Shown piece by piece: positions 10,711 to 19,856 of a stretch of DNA of 64,000 bases. Below the pieces are notes generated by a model. It worked only from the letters and a program-made list of their open reading frames with translations, ran no database searches and was not told where the DNA came from. Every line of letters starts with the position of its first letter. Position 1 is the first letter of the stretch. Made by a program: the position numbers and the translations under genes. This DNA is from an uncultured Nitrospiraceae bacterium (GTDB lineage Bacteria > Nitrospirota > Thermodesulfovibrionia > Thermodesulfovibrionales > SM23-35). The DNA lies in the NCBI GenBank assembly GCA_963727775.1, contig CAVSHB010000002.1, positions 384,001 through 448,000 on the forward strand, given 5' to 3'.

Positions 10711-11391
10711 ATGAAGATATCCCACGCAAAGGCTATTTTTATATGGGGGACAGTACTTTCGTCAGTCGTCTTCATTGCGCTCACGTATGATTCCATCTTG
10801 AAAATGCCCGAGAGGACGCATGAAGACAGACTTACTGCAAAGGTAGCTGACGGCAAGTGGGTGTGGCAGAAGTACAATTGCAATGACTGCCATACCATTC
10901 TCGGCATAGGAGGTTATTATGCCCCCGATCTGACAAAGGTAATGAGTTATCGGGATTCTGACTGGATTAGGGGATTTCTTAAGGACCCTGAAAAGGTCTG
11001 GCCTGCCGTACGGAAGATGCCGAACCTTCGTCTTAAGGAAGAAGAGATCAATGACCTTATCGAGTTCCTTGCGTGGGTCAACGGTATAGACACTAATAAC
11101 TGGCCTCCAAAGCCTGTGGTAACTTCCACTGCACCTTTGACAAAGCAGGCGACGCATGGAGAAGAATTATTTAAGTCACTTGGATGTTCTGCGTGCCACA
11201 TGATAGGAGGCGTCGGCGGACACATAGGCCCTGACCTTACAAAAGTAGGGAGTAGAAGGGGCAGGGAGTGGATCGAAGAACAGATCAAGGCCCCTAAATC
11301 CCATATCCCGAATTCCATTATGCCGGGTTTTGCGGCGCAGCCGGATAAGTATATCGAAGATCTCTCCGATTATCTTTCCGGGCTGAAGTAG
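10711..11391 (+). CDS. norC: nitric oxide reductase cytochrome c subunit with a second heme-c domain
   Basis: N-terminal TM; CNDCHTILGIGGYYAPDLT...RKMP; second CSACH...GPDLT...IMP; precedes norB. Confidence 0.88.
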   Translation: MKISHAKAIFIWGTVLSSVVFIALTYDSILKMPERTHEDRLTAKVADGKWVWQKYNCNDCHTILGIGGYYAPDLTKVMSYRDSDWIRGFLKDPEKVWPAVRKMPNLRLKEEEINDLIEFLAWVNGIDTNNWPPKPVVTSTAPLTKQATHGEELFKSLGCSACHMIGGVGGHIGPDLTKVGSRRGREWIEEQIKAPKSHIPNSIMPGFAAQPDKYIEDLSDYLSGLK

Positions 11392-11403
11392 GGTGGCTTT
11401 ATA

Positions 11404-12720
11404 GTGGAATATAAGACACAGAAGATTGCTTACAACTATTTTATAGCAGCAACACTGCTCTTCGGCCTGCAAATAATATTCGGTCTGATAACGGGTGCAA
11501 AATACGTGTGGGACTATGATCCTCTGATAAATATCCTTCCATTTAATACCACAAGGGCAATACATATAAATCTTCTCGTTTTCTGGCTCCTTGCGGCTTT
11601 TATGGGGGGAACATATTACCTCGTACCTGAAGAGGCGCAGACTGAAATCTATAGCCCGAGGCTTGCGGGTGTTCAACTCGTCCTTTTGTTAGTTGTCGGC
11701 GTTGCGGTGATAATAGGATATATCTTGGGATGGTCGTGGGGGATGCCTTTTCTTGAGCAGCCGACAGTCTTCAAAATAGGGATCGTCGTTGTTGCTCTCA
11801 TTTTTCTGTTCAATGTCTTTATGACGATGATGAAAACAAAGAAATGGACCGTAATACAGGGGATGCTTCTCGGAGGTCTTATAATGCTTGCCGGCATGTT
11901 CCTTTTCGGGATCCCATTCTTAAAAAATATGTCTACCCAATATTACTGGTGGTGGTGGGTCATTCATCTTTGGGTGGAAGGGGCTTGGGAGCTCGTTGCG
12001 GGTTCGATCATGGCCTTTGTCCTTTTGAAACTCACCGGCGTCAAAAGAGAATTGGTAGAAAAATGGCTGTATATTGAAGCAGGACTTGTCCTGTTTACCG
12101 GAATAGCAGGCACAGGTCATCACTATTACTGGATCGGTACCCCCGGCTACTGGCTCTGGGTCGGCGGCATCTTCAGCGCCCTTGAACCGTTGCCGATACT
12201 TTTTATGGTCATTGACACGCTGCGGGACGTAAAAGAAAGGGAGATACAAATACAGAACAGGCTCGCGCTATACTGGGCGGTGGGCTCGGCGGTCATGCAC
12301 TTCTTCGGAGCAGGGGTATGGGGTTTTGCACATACGCTTCCGCAGATAAACCGATGGACACATGGGACACAGATAACCGCTTCTCACGGACACTTTGCCT
12401 TCTATGGGGCCTATGCTATGCTGAATCTCACCATGATATATTTTGCAGTTCCGCAGATAAAGGGCGTCAGCAATTTTGACCGAAAGCTCGGCTTCAGGGC
12501 GTTCTGGATCATGAGCTTCTTTATGATTCTCATAGCCCTCAGCCTTGCAATTGCCGGCATAGTCCAGGTATATTTCCAGCGATTGCTCGGGATGGATTAT
12601 CTGACGACCCAGGAATTTATGAAATTATGGTACGCAGTGTTCTGGATATCGGCGGTGGGATTTGCCTCAGGAGTATCACTCTACATCGCTGATTTCTTTT
12701 CTATCCAAAAAGCAAAATAA
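11404..12720 (+). CDS. norB: nitric oxide reductase large subunit (cNOR)
   Basis: RAIHINL, HLWVEGAWE, GTGHHYYWIG, FSALEP, HGHFAFYGAY. Confidence 0.93.
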   Translation: MEYKTQKIAYNYFIAATLLFGLQIIFGLITGAKYVWDYDPLINILPFNTTRAIHINLLVFWLLAAFMGGTYYLVPEEAQTEIYSPRLAGVQLVLLLVVGVAVIIGYILGWSWGMPFLEQPTVFKIGIVVVALIFLFNVFMTMMKTKKWTVIQGMLLGGLIMLAGMFLFGIPFLKNMSTQYYWWWWVIHLWVEGAWELVAGSIMAFVLLKLTGVKRELVEKWLYIEAGLVLFTGIAGTGHHYYWIGTPGYWLWVGGIFSALEPLPILFMVIDTLRDVKEREIQIQNRLALYWAVGSAVMHFFGAGVWGFAHTLPQINRWTHGTQITASHGHFAFYGAYAMLNLTMIYFAVPQIKGVSNFDRKLGFRAFWIMSFFMILIALSLAIAGIVQVYFQRLLGMDYLTTQEFMKLWYAVFWISAVGFASGVSLYIADFFSIQKAK

Positions 12721-12733
12721 ATTAATCTTAGAT

Positions 12734-12808
12734 TGGTAGGCGATGCTGGTATCGAACCAGCGGCCTCTTCCGTGTGAAGGAAGCGCTCTACCACTGAGCT
12801 AATTGCCC
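12734..12808 (-). tRNA. tRNA-Val(CAC)
   Basis: GGGCAATTAGCTCAGTGGTAGAGC...CTTCC-TTCACAC-GGAAG...GGTTCGATACC...ACCA. Confidence 0.96.
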
Positions 12809-13002
12809 GCCCGGAGCAGTGAGACCCTGGAATGAATCCATGGTAATCTACCGCAGATATTAAACCACCAAAGAACTCGCCTTCTATATTAACCGAAATC
12901 ATCTATTTTTTGGAACGGGTAGCGAGCGCTTTCCACGTCGCTTGCTTGGGTACTCCTTACGTTAAGATACCCTGTGGTCTTGCGCAGGGTTCCTTATTCC
13001 CA

Positions 13003-13011
13003 TGCTATAAT
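13003..13011 (+). promoter_or_regulatory. extended -10 promoter element
   Basis: TGCTATAAT 17 nt upstream of the ATG at 13029. Confidence 0.5.
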
Positions 13012-13028
13012 TCTTTGCACAAAGTTTT

Positions 13029-13451
13029 ATGAAAAGAATATATACACTTGGGACCGACAGAAGAAGCGAAGAGGATTTTGTAGAGATCCTCTTCGCTTAT
13101 GGCATTCAATCGTTGCTCGACGTGCGGAGTTTTCCGAAAAGCAAGATAGCGATATTCACAAAAGAAAACCTTGAGCAGCTTCTCAAACGTGAAGGGATCG
13201 ACTACCATTTTCTTGGAAAAGAACTTGGGGGGTTCAGAAAAGGAGGCTATATTGCGTATATCATTACCGATGATTTCAGTAAGGGGATTGATCTGCTTGA
13301 AGCAATTGCGCTGAATAAGACCTCGGTTATTGTCTGTGCCGAAAGGTTTCCCTGGAAGTGCCACAGGAAATGGATTTCGAGGGAGCTGCATCAAAGAGGT
13401 TGGGAGGTAGATCATATCATCGATAAGGGAAAGCTCTGGATTCCAAAGTAA
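13029..13451 (+). CDS. DUF488 family protein
   Basis: IYTLG, LLDVRSFP, ELGG, CAE..PWKCHR. Confidence 0.85.
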   Translation: MKRIYTLGTDRRSEEDFVEILFAYGIQSLLDVRSFPKSKIAIFTKENLEQLLKREGIDYHFLGKELGGFRKGGYIAYIITDDFSKGIDLLEAIALNKTSVIVCAERFPWKCHRKWISRELHQRGWEVDHIIDKGKLWIPK

Positions 13452-13531
13452 TTTCATATTCTATAGGAATAGGTATAGTATCCGCATGTATATCATTTGT
13501 GATACGATAATAATATCGAAGGAGGTGTTAT

Positions 13532-13792
13532 ATGGCAAAAACAGCAATGATAACCACAAGAGTGGATCCTGACTTAAAGGCTGATGCTGAAAAAGTGTTA
13601 AGCAAGCTGGGCATCAGCACAACAGAGGCAATAAATCTGTTTCTGTCGCAGGTAAGACTGCGCAGGGGTTTGCCTTTTGATGTGAAAATACCCAACAAGA
13701 CCACCTTGAAGGCCATGAAGGACGCTGAAGAAGGTCGGAATCTGAGCAGCTATGACAGTCTTGATACGTTTTTTGAAAAAATGGCGACATAG
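13532..13792 (+). CDS. RelB/DinJ family antitoxin
   Basis: TTRVDPDLKADAEKVLSKLG...GLPFDVKIPN.TT; overlaps the toxin start. Confidence 0.9.
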   Translation: MAKTAMITTRVDPDLKADAEKVLSKLGISTTEAINLFLSQVRLRRGLPFDVKIPNKTTLKAMKDAEEGRNLSSYDSLDTFFEKMAT

Positions 13793-14067
13793 TGCTTAGA
13801 TTTAAGACTACAAAGCAGTTTGAGGGGGATTACAGGCTGATGTTAAAGCGGGGCAAAGGCATCGAGAAGCTCAAGACTGTCATGCGCCAACTCGTCAATC
13901 AGCAACCCCTTGAAAGCAGATACCATGACCATGCCCTTACTGGTAATTTGAGAGGCCATAGAGATTGTCATATAGAACCTGACTGGATATTGATTTATCG
14001 AATAGACAAAGGCTTGCGGGAGATTACCTTTGTCCGCACCGGCAGTCATGCGGACCTGTTTGGATAA
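13792..14067 (+). CDS. YafQ family mRNA interferase toxin
   Basis: DHALTG...RDCHIEPDWILIY...RTGSHADLF. Confidence 0.92.
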   Translation: MLRFKTTKQFEGDYRLMLKRGKGIEKLKTVMRQLVNQQPLESRYHDHALTGNLRGHRDCHIEPDWILIYRIDKGLREITFVRTGSHADLFG

Positions 14068-14191
14068 AGACCGGCAATAGAGACTCGCGAGACTTCTTGA
14101 GAAATTAGAATTAAACCTGAAATACGCACGGTCAGAGAAGAACCTGCTGCTACTTTAATTCAAAGACAAAAAACGGTTTAAACCATATTGA

Positions 14192-14599
14192 TCAGGAATA
14201 AATTTTTGAGACTCTTTTATACCGTATCACGGTTTCATACTCAATACGTGCATGGTCAATAGAAAGGATATCGGAAGTCCCGCAACAAGGGAGAGACCCG
14301 TTCCTTATTTTCTTATGAGTTTTAACCATATCCGCTATTACGGCAGTCAGGTCAAGTCCGCCCCCTTTGCAGCCTTTTACCATACAGTCCATTTTAAAAT
14401 TGGCATACGAGGTGGGAAAGATATTAACAGTGCGCACCATAAGAAGGGGGCTTGCTGTTTTGTGGTAATACGTCATCTGAATTACGATACCGGAAACTGA
14501 AGGGAATCGGTCCGAAACTAAACCGGCAGCAACATTGATCTGGTTTTTCAATTCCATCTTTAAGACATAATTTTGTCTGTATTGATATCTGTTTGCCAT
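14192..14599 (-). CDS. hypothetical Cys-containing protein downstream of the cold-shock gene
   Basis: 135 aa ORF with CMVKGCKGGG and CC motifs. Confidence 0.65.
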   Translation of the reverse strand: MANRYQYRQNYVLKMELKNQINVAAGLVSDRFPSVSGIVIQMTYYHKTASPLLMVRTVNIFPTSYANFKMDCMVKGCKGGGLDLTAVIADMVKTHKKIRNGSLPCCGTSDILSIDHARIEYETVIRYKRVSKIYS

Positions 14600-14610
14600 T
14601 TCACCGCCAT

Positions 14611-14645
14611 AAAAATCCCCCCCTGCTTCTCCAGCAGGGGGGATT
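14611..14645 (-). terminator. intrinsic terminator after the cold-shock gene
   Basis: GC-rich stem (ATCCCCCC(C)TGCT / AGCAGGGGGGAT) with a T run on the minus strand. Confidence 0.8.
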
Positions 14646-14655
14646 CGTCAGGCAA

Positions 14656-14856
14656 TTACAGTTTTGCTACATTGATCGCCTTGGGGCCTTTCGGTCCCTT
14701 TTCAGTATCAAAGCTGACTGAGTCACCCTCGGCAAGGGATTTAAATCCCATACCCTGGATTGAAGTGTGGTGGACAAATACATCGCTGCCGTCTTCGCTT
14801 GTAATAAAGCCAAAACCCTTTGAGTCGTTGAACCACTTTACTGTCCCATTCGTCAT
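14656..14856 (-). CDS. cspA: cold-shock protein (CspA family)
   Basis: [21 protein letters not shown]. Confidence 0.95.
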   Translation of the reverse strand: MTNGTVKWFNDSKGFGFITSEDGSDVFVHHTSIQGMGFKSLAEGDSVSFDTEKGPKGPKAINVAKL

Positions 14857-14909
14857 TTCTTTTTTACCTCCTTATTTCTATACTCAAATCTCAGAAGGTC
14901 TCAACAAAT

Positions 14910-14942
14910 AAAAAAGCCACAAAGTTAAAAAGTCTTTGTGGC
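14910..14942 (-). terminator. terminator-like hairpin between infC and csp
   Basis: GCCACAAAG...CTTTGTGGC followed by T6 on the minus strand. Confidence 0.65.
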
Positions 14943-15025
14943 CTCATAAACGGCAAAAACTTCTAAAATTCTGTACTTAGCATAACACGCCCAAACAAAT
15001 TATTCAAGGAAGAACTGCATGAAAA

Positions 15026-15571
15026 TTATGAGGCCCTGAGAATCATTACCATCTGTCGGCCGTCCATCTTTGGCTGGGACTCTACTTTCGCGATATCCTC
15101 CAGTTCCAACGCTAACCTGTTCAGCACGCTCGTCCCCATTTCCTGACGACTAAATTCTCGTCCTCTAAAGCGGATGGTCACTTTAACCTTGTCCCCGTGC
15201 TCGATGAACTTACGCGCACTACGCTTCTTGAACTCATAATCATGGGTGTCGATCGAAGGGCGCATCCTGATTTCTTTGAGTGCGAGAGTCGTTTGCTGTT
15301 TTTTGGACTTCCGCAGTTTCTTGCTTTGCTCGAACTTGAACTTCCGGTAGTCCATGATCTTACATACCGGCGGCTCAGCCTGAGGGCTGATTTCCACGAG
15401 ATCCAAACCTTGTTCTACGGCGATCTTCAATGCCGAATCAATGTCCATTATGCCGATTTGCCCTTCATCGGCGACAACCCGGATCTCTTTCACTTTAAGC
15501 AGCCGGATTTGGTTGTTTACGCGGGTCTTATCGACAACCCGCCCGGGCGATACTCGTCCTTGATTAGTTAT
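15026..15571 (-). CDS. infC: translation initiation factor IF-3 with ATA start
   Basis: LDLVEISPQAEPPVCKIMDY, GDKVKVTIRFRGRE. The frame is open 26 codons upstream of the track GTG to an ATA preceded by AAGGAGG, and this restores RVNNQIR. Confidence 0.9.
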   Translation of the reverse strand: MTNQGRVSPGRVVDKTRVNNQIRLLKVKEIRVVADEGQIGIMDIDSALKIAVEQGLDLVEISPQAEPPVCKIMDYRKFKFEQSKKLRKSKKQQTTLALKEIRMRPSIDTHDYEFKKRSARKFIEHGDKVKVTIRFRGREFSRQEMGTSVLNRLALELEDIAKVESQPKMDGRQMVMILRAS

Positions 15572-15743
15572 GGTGTGTCCTCCTTATTATAGATAGTCTT
15601 TGCCGGTCTTCGTCCTGCACGTTCTGCACAAGAAGCGGCATCTATGAATATAGTGTAGCATGTTTACACGATAGGACCATACTTCAAAAAGTTAGTGTCG
15701 ACAAAGTCATTGTGCAGATGCCATAGGGATTGCCCGTGGGTAT

Positions 15744-17426
15744 CTACACAGGGTTTAGTATCTTGTCTAATACTGTCCTTGCTACGACGAGTGGGTCGAT
15801 GAAGATCGATTCCATATCCTGCTCCAGATCACGCTTATTGGAAAGATAGGTGATCCTGTCCTGCATCCTGGCCCTTAGATACTCAAGATATTTACTATCA
15901 TGCGTGGGCTTGTATTTACGGTCGTAATCGCTCGCGAAGAGCTCGTTTCCATTCTTGGGGACTGAAAGCCCCTGAAAGCGCCTCCAGTCGCGCCATTCGA
16001 TATTGCCGCGCACAAGCTCGGTGACGATCTTAAGGGAAAGCTCCTTTGGAATATCCGTAAGATCGCCCGGGAGTCCGAAGGCATGAGTGTTCATGATATA
16101 GCATTCGCACCCGGCCTTGAAGAGCTTCACGAACTGCTGGCAATCGACGACGAGCGGATGCACGCGGAACGGATTTGCGAAAGGTTCGATCACAAGTTTT
16201 TCAAGCTCCTTGGCATCGACGTTCTCCACCCCCTTTGCCCTCATCGTCGAAAGCGACGCCCCCATTGAAACAGACAACACCGCGGAGTTTACCCGGCATA
16301 CGGGTGGCAATGAGGTGTCTTTTTGGAGCCATACCACTTTGTTTGGCGCCTCGCAGTAATCTGCGTGATTGAACATATCACGGCTCTTTATGCACCGGCC
16401 GTTGGCGTTGCGAATGTCTTCGCCCAGGAGCCTCCGCTCGCCGTTCGCTGTGCCGACGACGGCAACGTTCTGGGCAGAAAGAAAATATTTTATGTCAGGA
16501 TCGTTGAACTTCACGGAGTCGGTCTTATCGAAAAGGGCGGGCTCCAGCGCCACTGTTATGTTGTTTTCCAGATCGATAAGAAAAGCATCGTCGTGTATGA
16601 CCGTGACTTTTTCGTCAGGCCTCAGAGTGCCTCCGTGGTCGTGGCTGTTGGTGATCGAGGACTTGCCGCTTCCAGAAAGCCCGAAAACAGCCACCGGTGG
16701 GTTCTCGCCTATCGTCTTGATACCGCCGTGACAGGCCACCATGTTGTGGCGCACGCCCATCGTCCATGCAAGCGTGAGCGTCCCCTTCTTCCTTTCGCCG
16801 AAGTAGCGCATTCCCAATATGGCCATGCAGTTTTCCGCCTCGTCGATTATCGCAAGCCCCGAAGGATATTCCGGGCTTCTCCACTCGGGGTCTGCCAGGA
16901 CAAGTATATCCGGTTCATCCAGGTCCCGGGATTCTTTGTAAAGCCGGTCCCACGGCTTCATGAAAGGGGTGAAATTCAGTCCCCAGTCAAGCATATTCTT
17001 CGCGTCCGTGACCGGGCTTAAGAGATGGGCCTTCACCATGAAATCCTTGTGCAATCCCACAATCCCCTGAAGCCAAAGGCCCTGCCTGCGATTTAACTGA
17101 TAAATGGCGTCTAAGAGGACGGTCTTCAGCTTTGTGCGCTCGGCCTTGTCCAATTGGCGGACGAGCCTTCTTGCGCGGGCGGTCCTGCCCACCACAGCGC
17201 CGTCGTTCGATACCAGTATCTTAGCGTCTTTCGGAAGCCCGAACCTCTCCGGATCGTACATAGGCTGGGTCGTGCTTATTACCTCGGGTTGTTGCAAAGC
17301 CAGCCCGTAAAGTTCTGCCATTGTCGTCTGCCGGACGGAATTTGCGTAGAATGCGCTTCCGATAGCGGCCCTCCACGAAGAGGCTACCTGCTTGTATACT
17401 GATGTCATCTTTCTTCCCTCCCTCAT
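15744..17426 (-). CDS. phosphoenolpyruvate carboxykinase (ATP)-like protein, divergent type
   Basis: YFGERKKGTLT, CHGG, FGLSGSGKS (P-loop), IHDDAF, NGR, IEPFANPFR. Confidence 0.8.
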   Translation of the reverse strand: MREGRKMTSVYKQVASSWRAAIGSAFYANSVRQTTMAELYGLALQQPEVISTTQPMYDPERFGLPKDAKILVSNDGAVVGRTARARRLVRQLDKAERTKLKTVLLDAIYQLNRRQGLWLQGIVGLHKDFMVKAHLLSPVTDAKNMLDWGLNFTPFMKPWDRLYKESRDLDEPDILVLADPEWRSPEYPSGLAIIDEAENCMAILGMRYFGERKKGTLTLAWTMGVRHNMVACHGGIKTIGENPPVAVFGLSGSGKSSITNSHDHGGTLRPDEKVTVIHDDAFLIDLENNITVALEPALFDKTDSVKFNDPDIKYFLSAQNVAVVGTANGERRLLGEDIRNANGRCIKSRDMFNHADYCEAPNKVVWLQKDTSLPPVCRVNSAVLSVSMGASLSTMRAKGVENVDAKELEKLVIEPFANPFRVHPLVVDCQQFVKLFKAGCECYIMNTHAFGLPGDLTDIPKELSLKIVTELVRGNIEWRDWRRFQGLSVPKNGNELFASDYDRKYKPTHDSKYLEYLRARMQDRITYLSNKRDLEQDMESIFIDPLVVARTVLDKILNPV

Positions 17427-17444
17427 TATTTCGCAATTCAGTCT

Positions 17445-17873
17445 CTAAAGCGAGCCGGCGTCTTTAAGCATGTTTATTACCGTTGAAAATTGTTCGGGGT
17501 CCAAGGGCTTGAACATATAATACCCGGCGGACAGGTTGTAAGCTTTTTCGACATCCTGCTCGATCGTTGAGGTGGTCAGGATTATCACCGGTATCCTGCT
17601 CAGGTCCGGGTCCTGCTTGATCTCAGCAAGCACTTCAAAACCGGTTTTTTTCGGTAGGTTGAGGTCGAGCATAATGATATCAGGGCTCACTGCATCGACA
17701 TACCCGTTAGCGCGGCGTAAATAGGCCATAGCCTCGTCTCCGTCTCCGACGCTGTAGAAATTGTGCGGGATTTCGCTGTCTTTGATGCTTTCCTTGGTAA
17801 GATACACATCTGCGGGGTTGTCCTCAACCAGGAGGATATTTATATAATCAGCCTCTGTTTTTAATATATTCAT
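17445..17873 (-). CDS. single-domain response regulator (Rcp1-like)
   Basis: ILLVEDNPAD, PDIIMLDLNLP, IPVIILTTS, KP; start at ATG 17873. Confidence 0.88.
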   Translation of the reverse strand: MNILKTEADYINILLVEDNPADVYLTKESIKDSEIPHNFYSVGDGDEAMAYLRRANGYVDAVSPDIIMLDLNLPKKTGFEVLAEIKQDPDLSRIPVIILTTSTIEQDVEKAYNLSAGYYMFKPLDPEQFSTVINMLKDAGSL

Positions 17874-17883
17874 GGCATATCGT

Positions 17884-18027
17884 TCAGCAACATATTGTAA
17901 AATAAAATATTGAGCCTTTTCCAGTGCCGGGTTCAACCCATATATCGTATTCCGTCCTGCCATGAAGCCGCTGGAAGATAACAGAGACCCGCTCCTCGTC
18001 GTTTAGGTCTATCCCGATGCCGTTATT
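17884..18027 (-). pseudogene. histidine kinase HATPase C-terminal remnant
   Basis: Translates [48 protein letters not shown]2 box and N-terminus absent. Confidence 0.8.
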
Positions 18028-18109
18028 AGGCGGATTGTCATCTTCCCTTCGATCCAACAATACTGAACAAACAAAGGCGTCAAAAGCGGTTACTCCAAAC
18101 TCTTATTTC

Positions 18110-18199
18110 TGGCGGAGGGGCAGGGATTCGAACCCTGGGTGGAGTTGCCCCCACAACGATTTTCGAGACCGTCCCATTCAACCGCTCTGGCACCCCTCC
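18110..18199 (-). tRNA. tRNA-Ser(CGA)
   Basis: GGAGGGGTGCCAGAGCGG...ACGGT-CTCGAAA-ATCGT, long variable arm, GGTTCGAATCC, GCCA end. Confidence 0.96.
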
Positions 18200-18270
18200 T
18201 TATAAAAGCAATAAACAGTAAATAGTAAACAGTTTTAAATAAAAAACACAATTACTCAGGCACAAATAAA

Positions 18271-18729
18271 TTATCTCCGTTCCTGAAAGAATCTTTTCAA
18301 CAATTCTGCACACTCTTCTTCGAGCACCCCCGATACCAATTCCACCTGATGGTTCAGTCTTTTGTCTGAAAGCAATCTGTAGAGACTGTCAACGGCGCCT
18401 CCTTTTCCGTCTCTGCATCCGTAAACGAGCCTGCCGAGTCTTGCGTTGATCATCGCCCCTGCGCACATGATACACGGCTCTTTTGTCACGTAAAGCGTTG
18501 TCTGGGTCAATCTCCACTTACTGTCACCGCCGGCCCCTGTCCTGATCGCGAGAATTTCAGCATGCCCTGTCGGGTCTTGGGACGCTTCCCGGCAATTATG
18601 TGCTTTTGCTACAATTTCACGTTCTTTTACAAGCACGGCGCCGACGGGCACTTCGCCTTCGTTGAAAGCAAGGGCGGCCTCTTCAAGGGCAAGCCTCATA
18701 AAATAGATATCGTTTTCCATGACATGCAT
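18271..18729 (-). CDS. tadA: tRNA adenosine(34) deaminase
   Basis: GEVPVGAV, DPTGHAEI, LYVTKEPCIMCAGA, LNHQV. Confidence 0.93.
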   Translation of the reverse strand: MHVMENDIYFMRLALEEAALAFNEGEVPVGAVLVKEREIVAKAHNCREASQDPTGHAEILAIRTGAGGDSKWRLTQTTLYVTKEPCIMCAGAMINARLGRLVYGCRDGKGGAVDSLYRLLSDKRLNHQVELVSGVLEEECAELLKRFFQERR

Positions 18730-18797
18730 ATCAATATATTCTATCGGAAGGGTTCAAAAAAATCATGGTAAGATAGAATTGAAATGAGTGTAAGCAG

Positions 18798-19589
18798 ATG
18801 ACCAGAGACGATTTGACTGTTTTGAAAAACCGGTTCTCGACGTATTGCAAATCTTTTTATGCGTCTGACGCCGAGGACCAAAAAAATATCTCTTTGAAAG
18901 AAGAGCATACATTTCATGTATGCAGGAATATAGTTGAAATAGCCGTGGGCTTGTCGCTTAATGATGAGAAAATATTGTTGGCTGAATCAATAGCATTGTT
19001 CCACGATATAGGCAGGTTCCCGCAGTATGCGCAGTACAAAACTTTCAGGGACAGCGTTTCGGTGAATCACGGCCTTCTCGGCGCGGAGACGCTTATTGAA
19101 GAAAAGATGCTGCAAGACCTGTCTTCCAACGAACAGGAGATAATTGTTAAGTCGGTAAAATTTCATAATGCCTTCTCCATATCGAAGACGATGACAAAGG
19201 AAATTGTTTTCTTTCTGAAATTAATAAGGGATGCGGACAAGCTGGACATATGGCGCGTTTTTTTGGAATATTATGAAAGCCCGGACGAGATGAAGGCGTC
19301 GGCGGTCGGTCTCGGTCTGCCGGATTTGCCCGAATATTCAGAGGAAGTCGTCTCCTGCATATTCACGAAAAAGATCGTGTCGCTGTCGATGCTGAAAACC
19401 CTGAATGATTTTAAACTCCTGCAGCTGTCATGGATATTCGACCTGAATTTCGAACCGACCTTTCGATTGTTGCACGGGAGAGATTACATAAACAGGCTCA
19501 CAGCTCATTTGCCTCGGACAGAAAAGATTAACAGTATCTCGGTCTTTTTGCATGACTATGTAAAAAAGAAAATCCCATCTTATTCGTAG
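18798..19589 (+). CDS. HD-domain phosphohydrolase
   Basis: KEEHT, LFHDIGRF, NHG, FHN, RDADKLD. Confidence 0.88.
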   Translation: MTRDDLTVLKNRFSTYCKSFYASDAEDQKNISLKEEHTFHVCRNIVEIAVGLSLNDEKILLAESIALFHDIGRFPQYAQYKTFRDSVSVNHGLLGAETLIEEKMLQDLSSNEQEIIVKSVKFHNAFSISKTMTKEIVFFLKLIRDADKLDIWRVFLEYYESPDEMKASAVGLGLPDLPEYSEEVVSCIFTKKIVSLSMLKTLNDFKLLQLSWIFDLNFEPTFRLLHGRDYINRLTAHLPRTEKINSISVFLHDYVKKKIPSYS

Positions 19590-19591
19590 AT

Positions 19592-19627
19592 AAAAAAACC
19601 CTCCTCGTTTCGGAGGAGGGTTTTTTT
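19592..19627. terminator. bidirectional intrinsic terminator
   Basis: A7-CCCTCCTC...GAGGAGGG-T8 between convergent genes. Confidence 0.88.
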
Positions 19628-19647
19628 ATCTCACTGTGTGCTATGAA

Positions 19648-19758
19648 CTATTTTTTCTTATGAGTCGCGCAGAATTTTGATTTCCCGGTTGTGGAGTTCT
19701 TGCAAGCTTTCCCTTCTTTTGTCTTTGCAGAGCATTTCGCTTTCTTTTCTGTTGCCAT
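19648..19758 (-). CDS. 36-aa basic CCCH zinc-finger microprotein (not in ORF track)
   Basis: MATEKKAKCSAKTKEGKACKNSTTGKSKFCATHKKK; SD AAGGAGG, upstream TGTTATACT, downstream terminator. Confidence 0.8.
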   Translation of the reverse strand: MATEKKAKCSAKTKEGKACKNSTTGKSKFCATHKKK

Positions 19759-19856
19759 GTCCCCTCCTTAAATTTTATTTAAAAATGTTGAACATCGCTT
19801 AAGTATAACATAATTGCTTTTAAATTAATGATATGAACAATTTTATCTTGTGCGAC

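Noticed and set aside
17874..17963. N-terminal extension of the response regulator in the ORF track
   Set aside because: It overlaps the kinase remnant in another frame; the receiver domain starts after ATG 17873.
18030..18110. SRP RNA, often found near tadA/tRNA-Ser
   Set aside because: No SRP domain IV motif seen.
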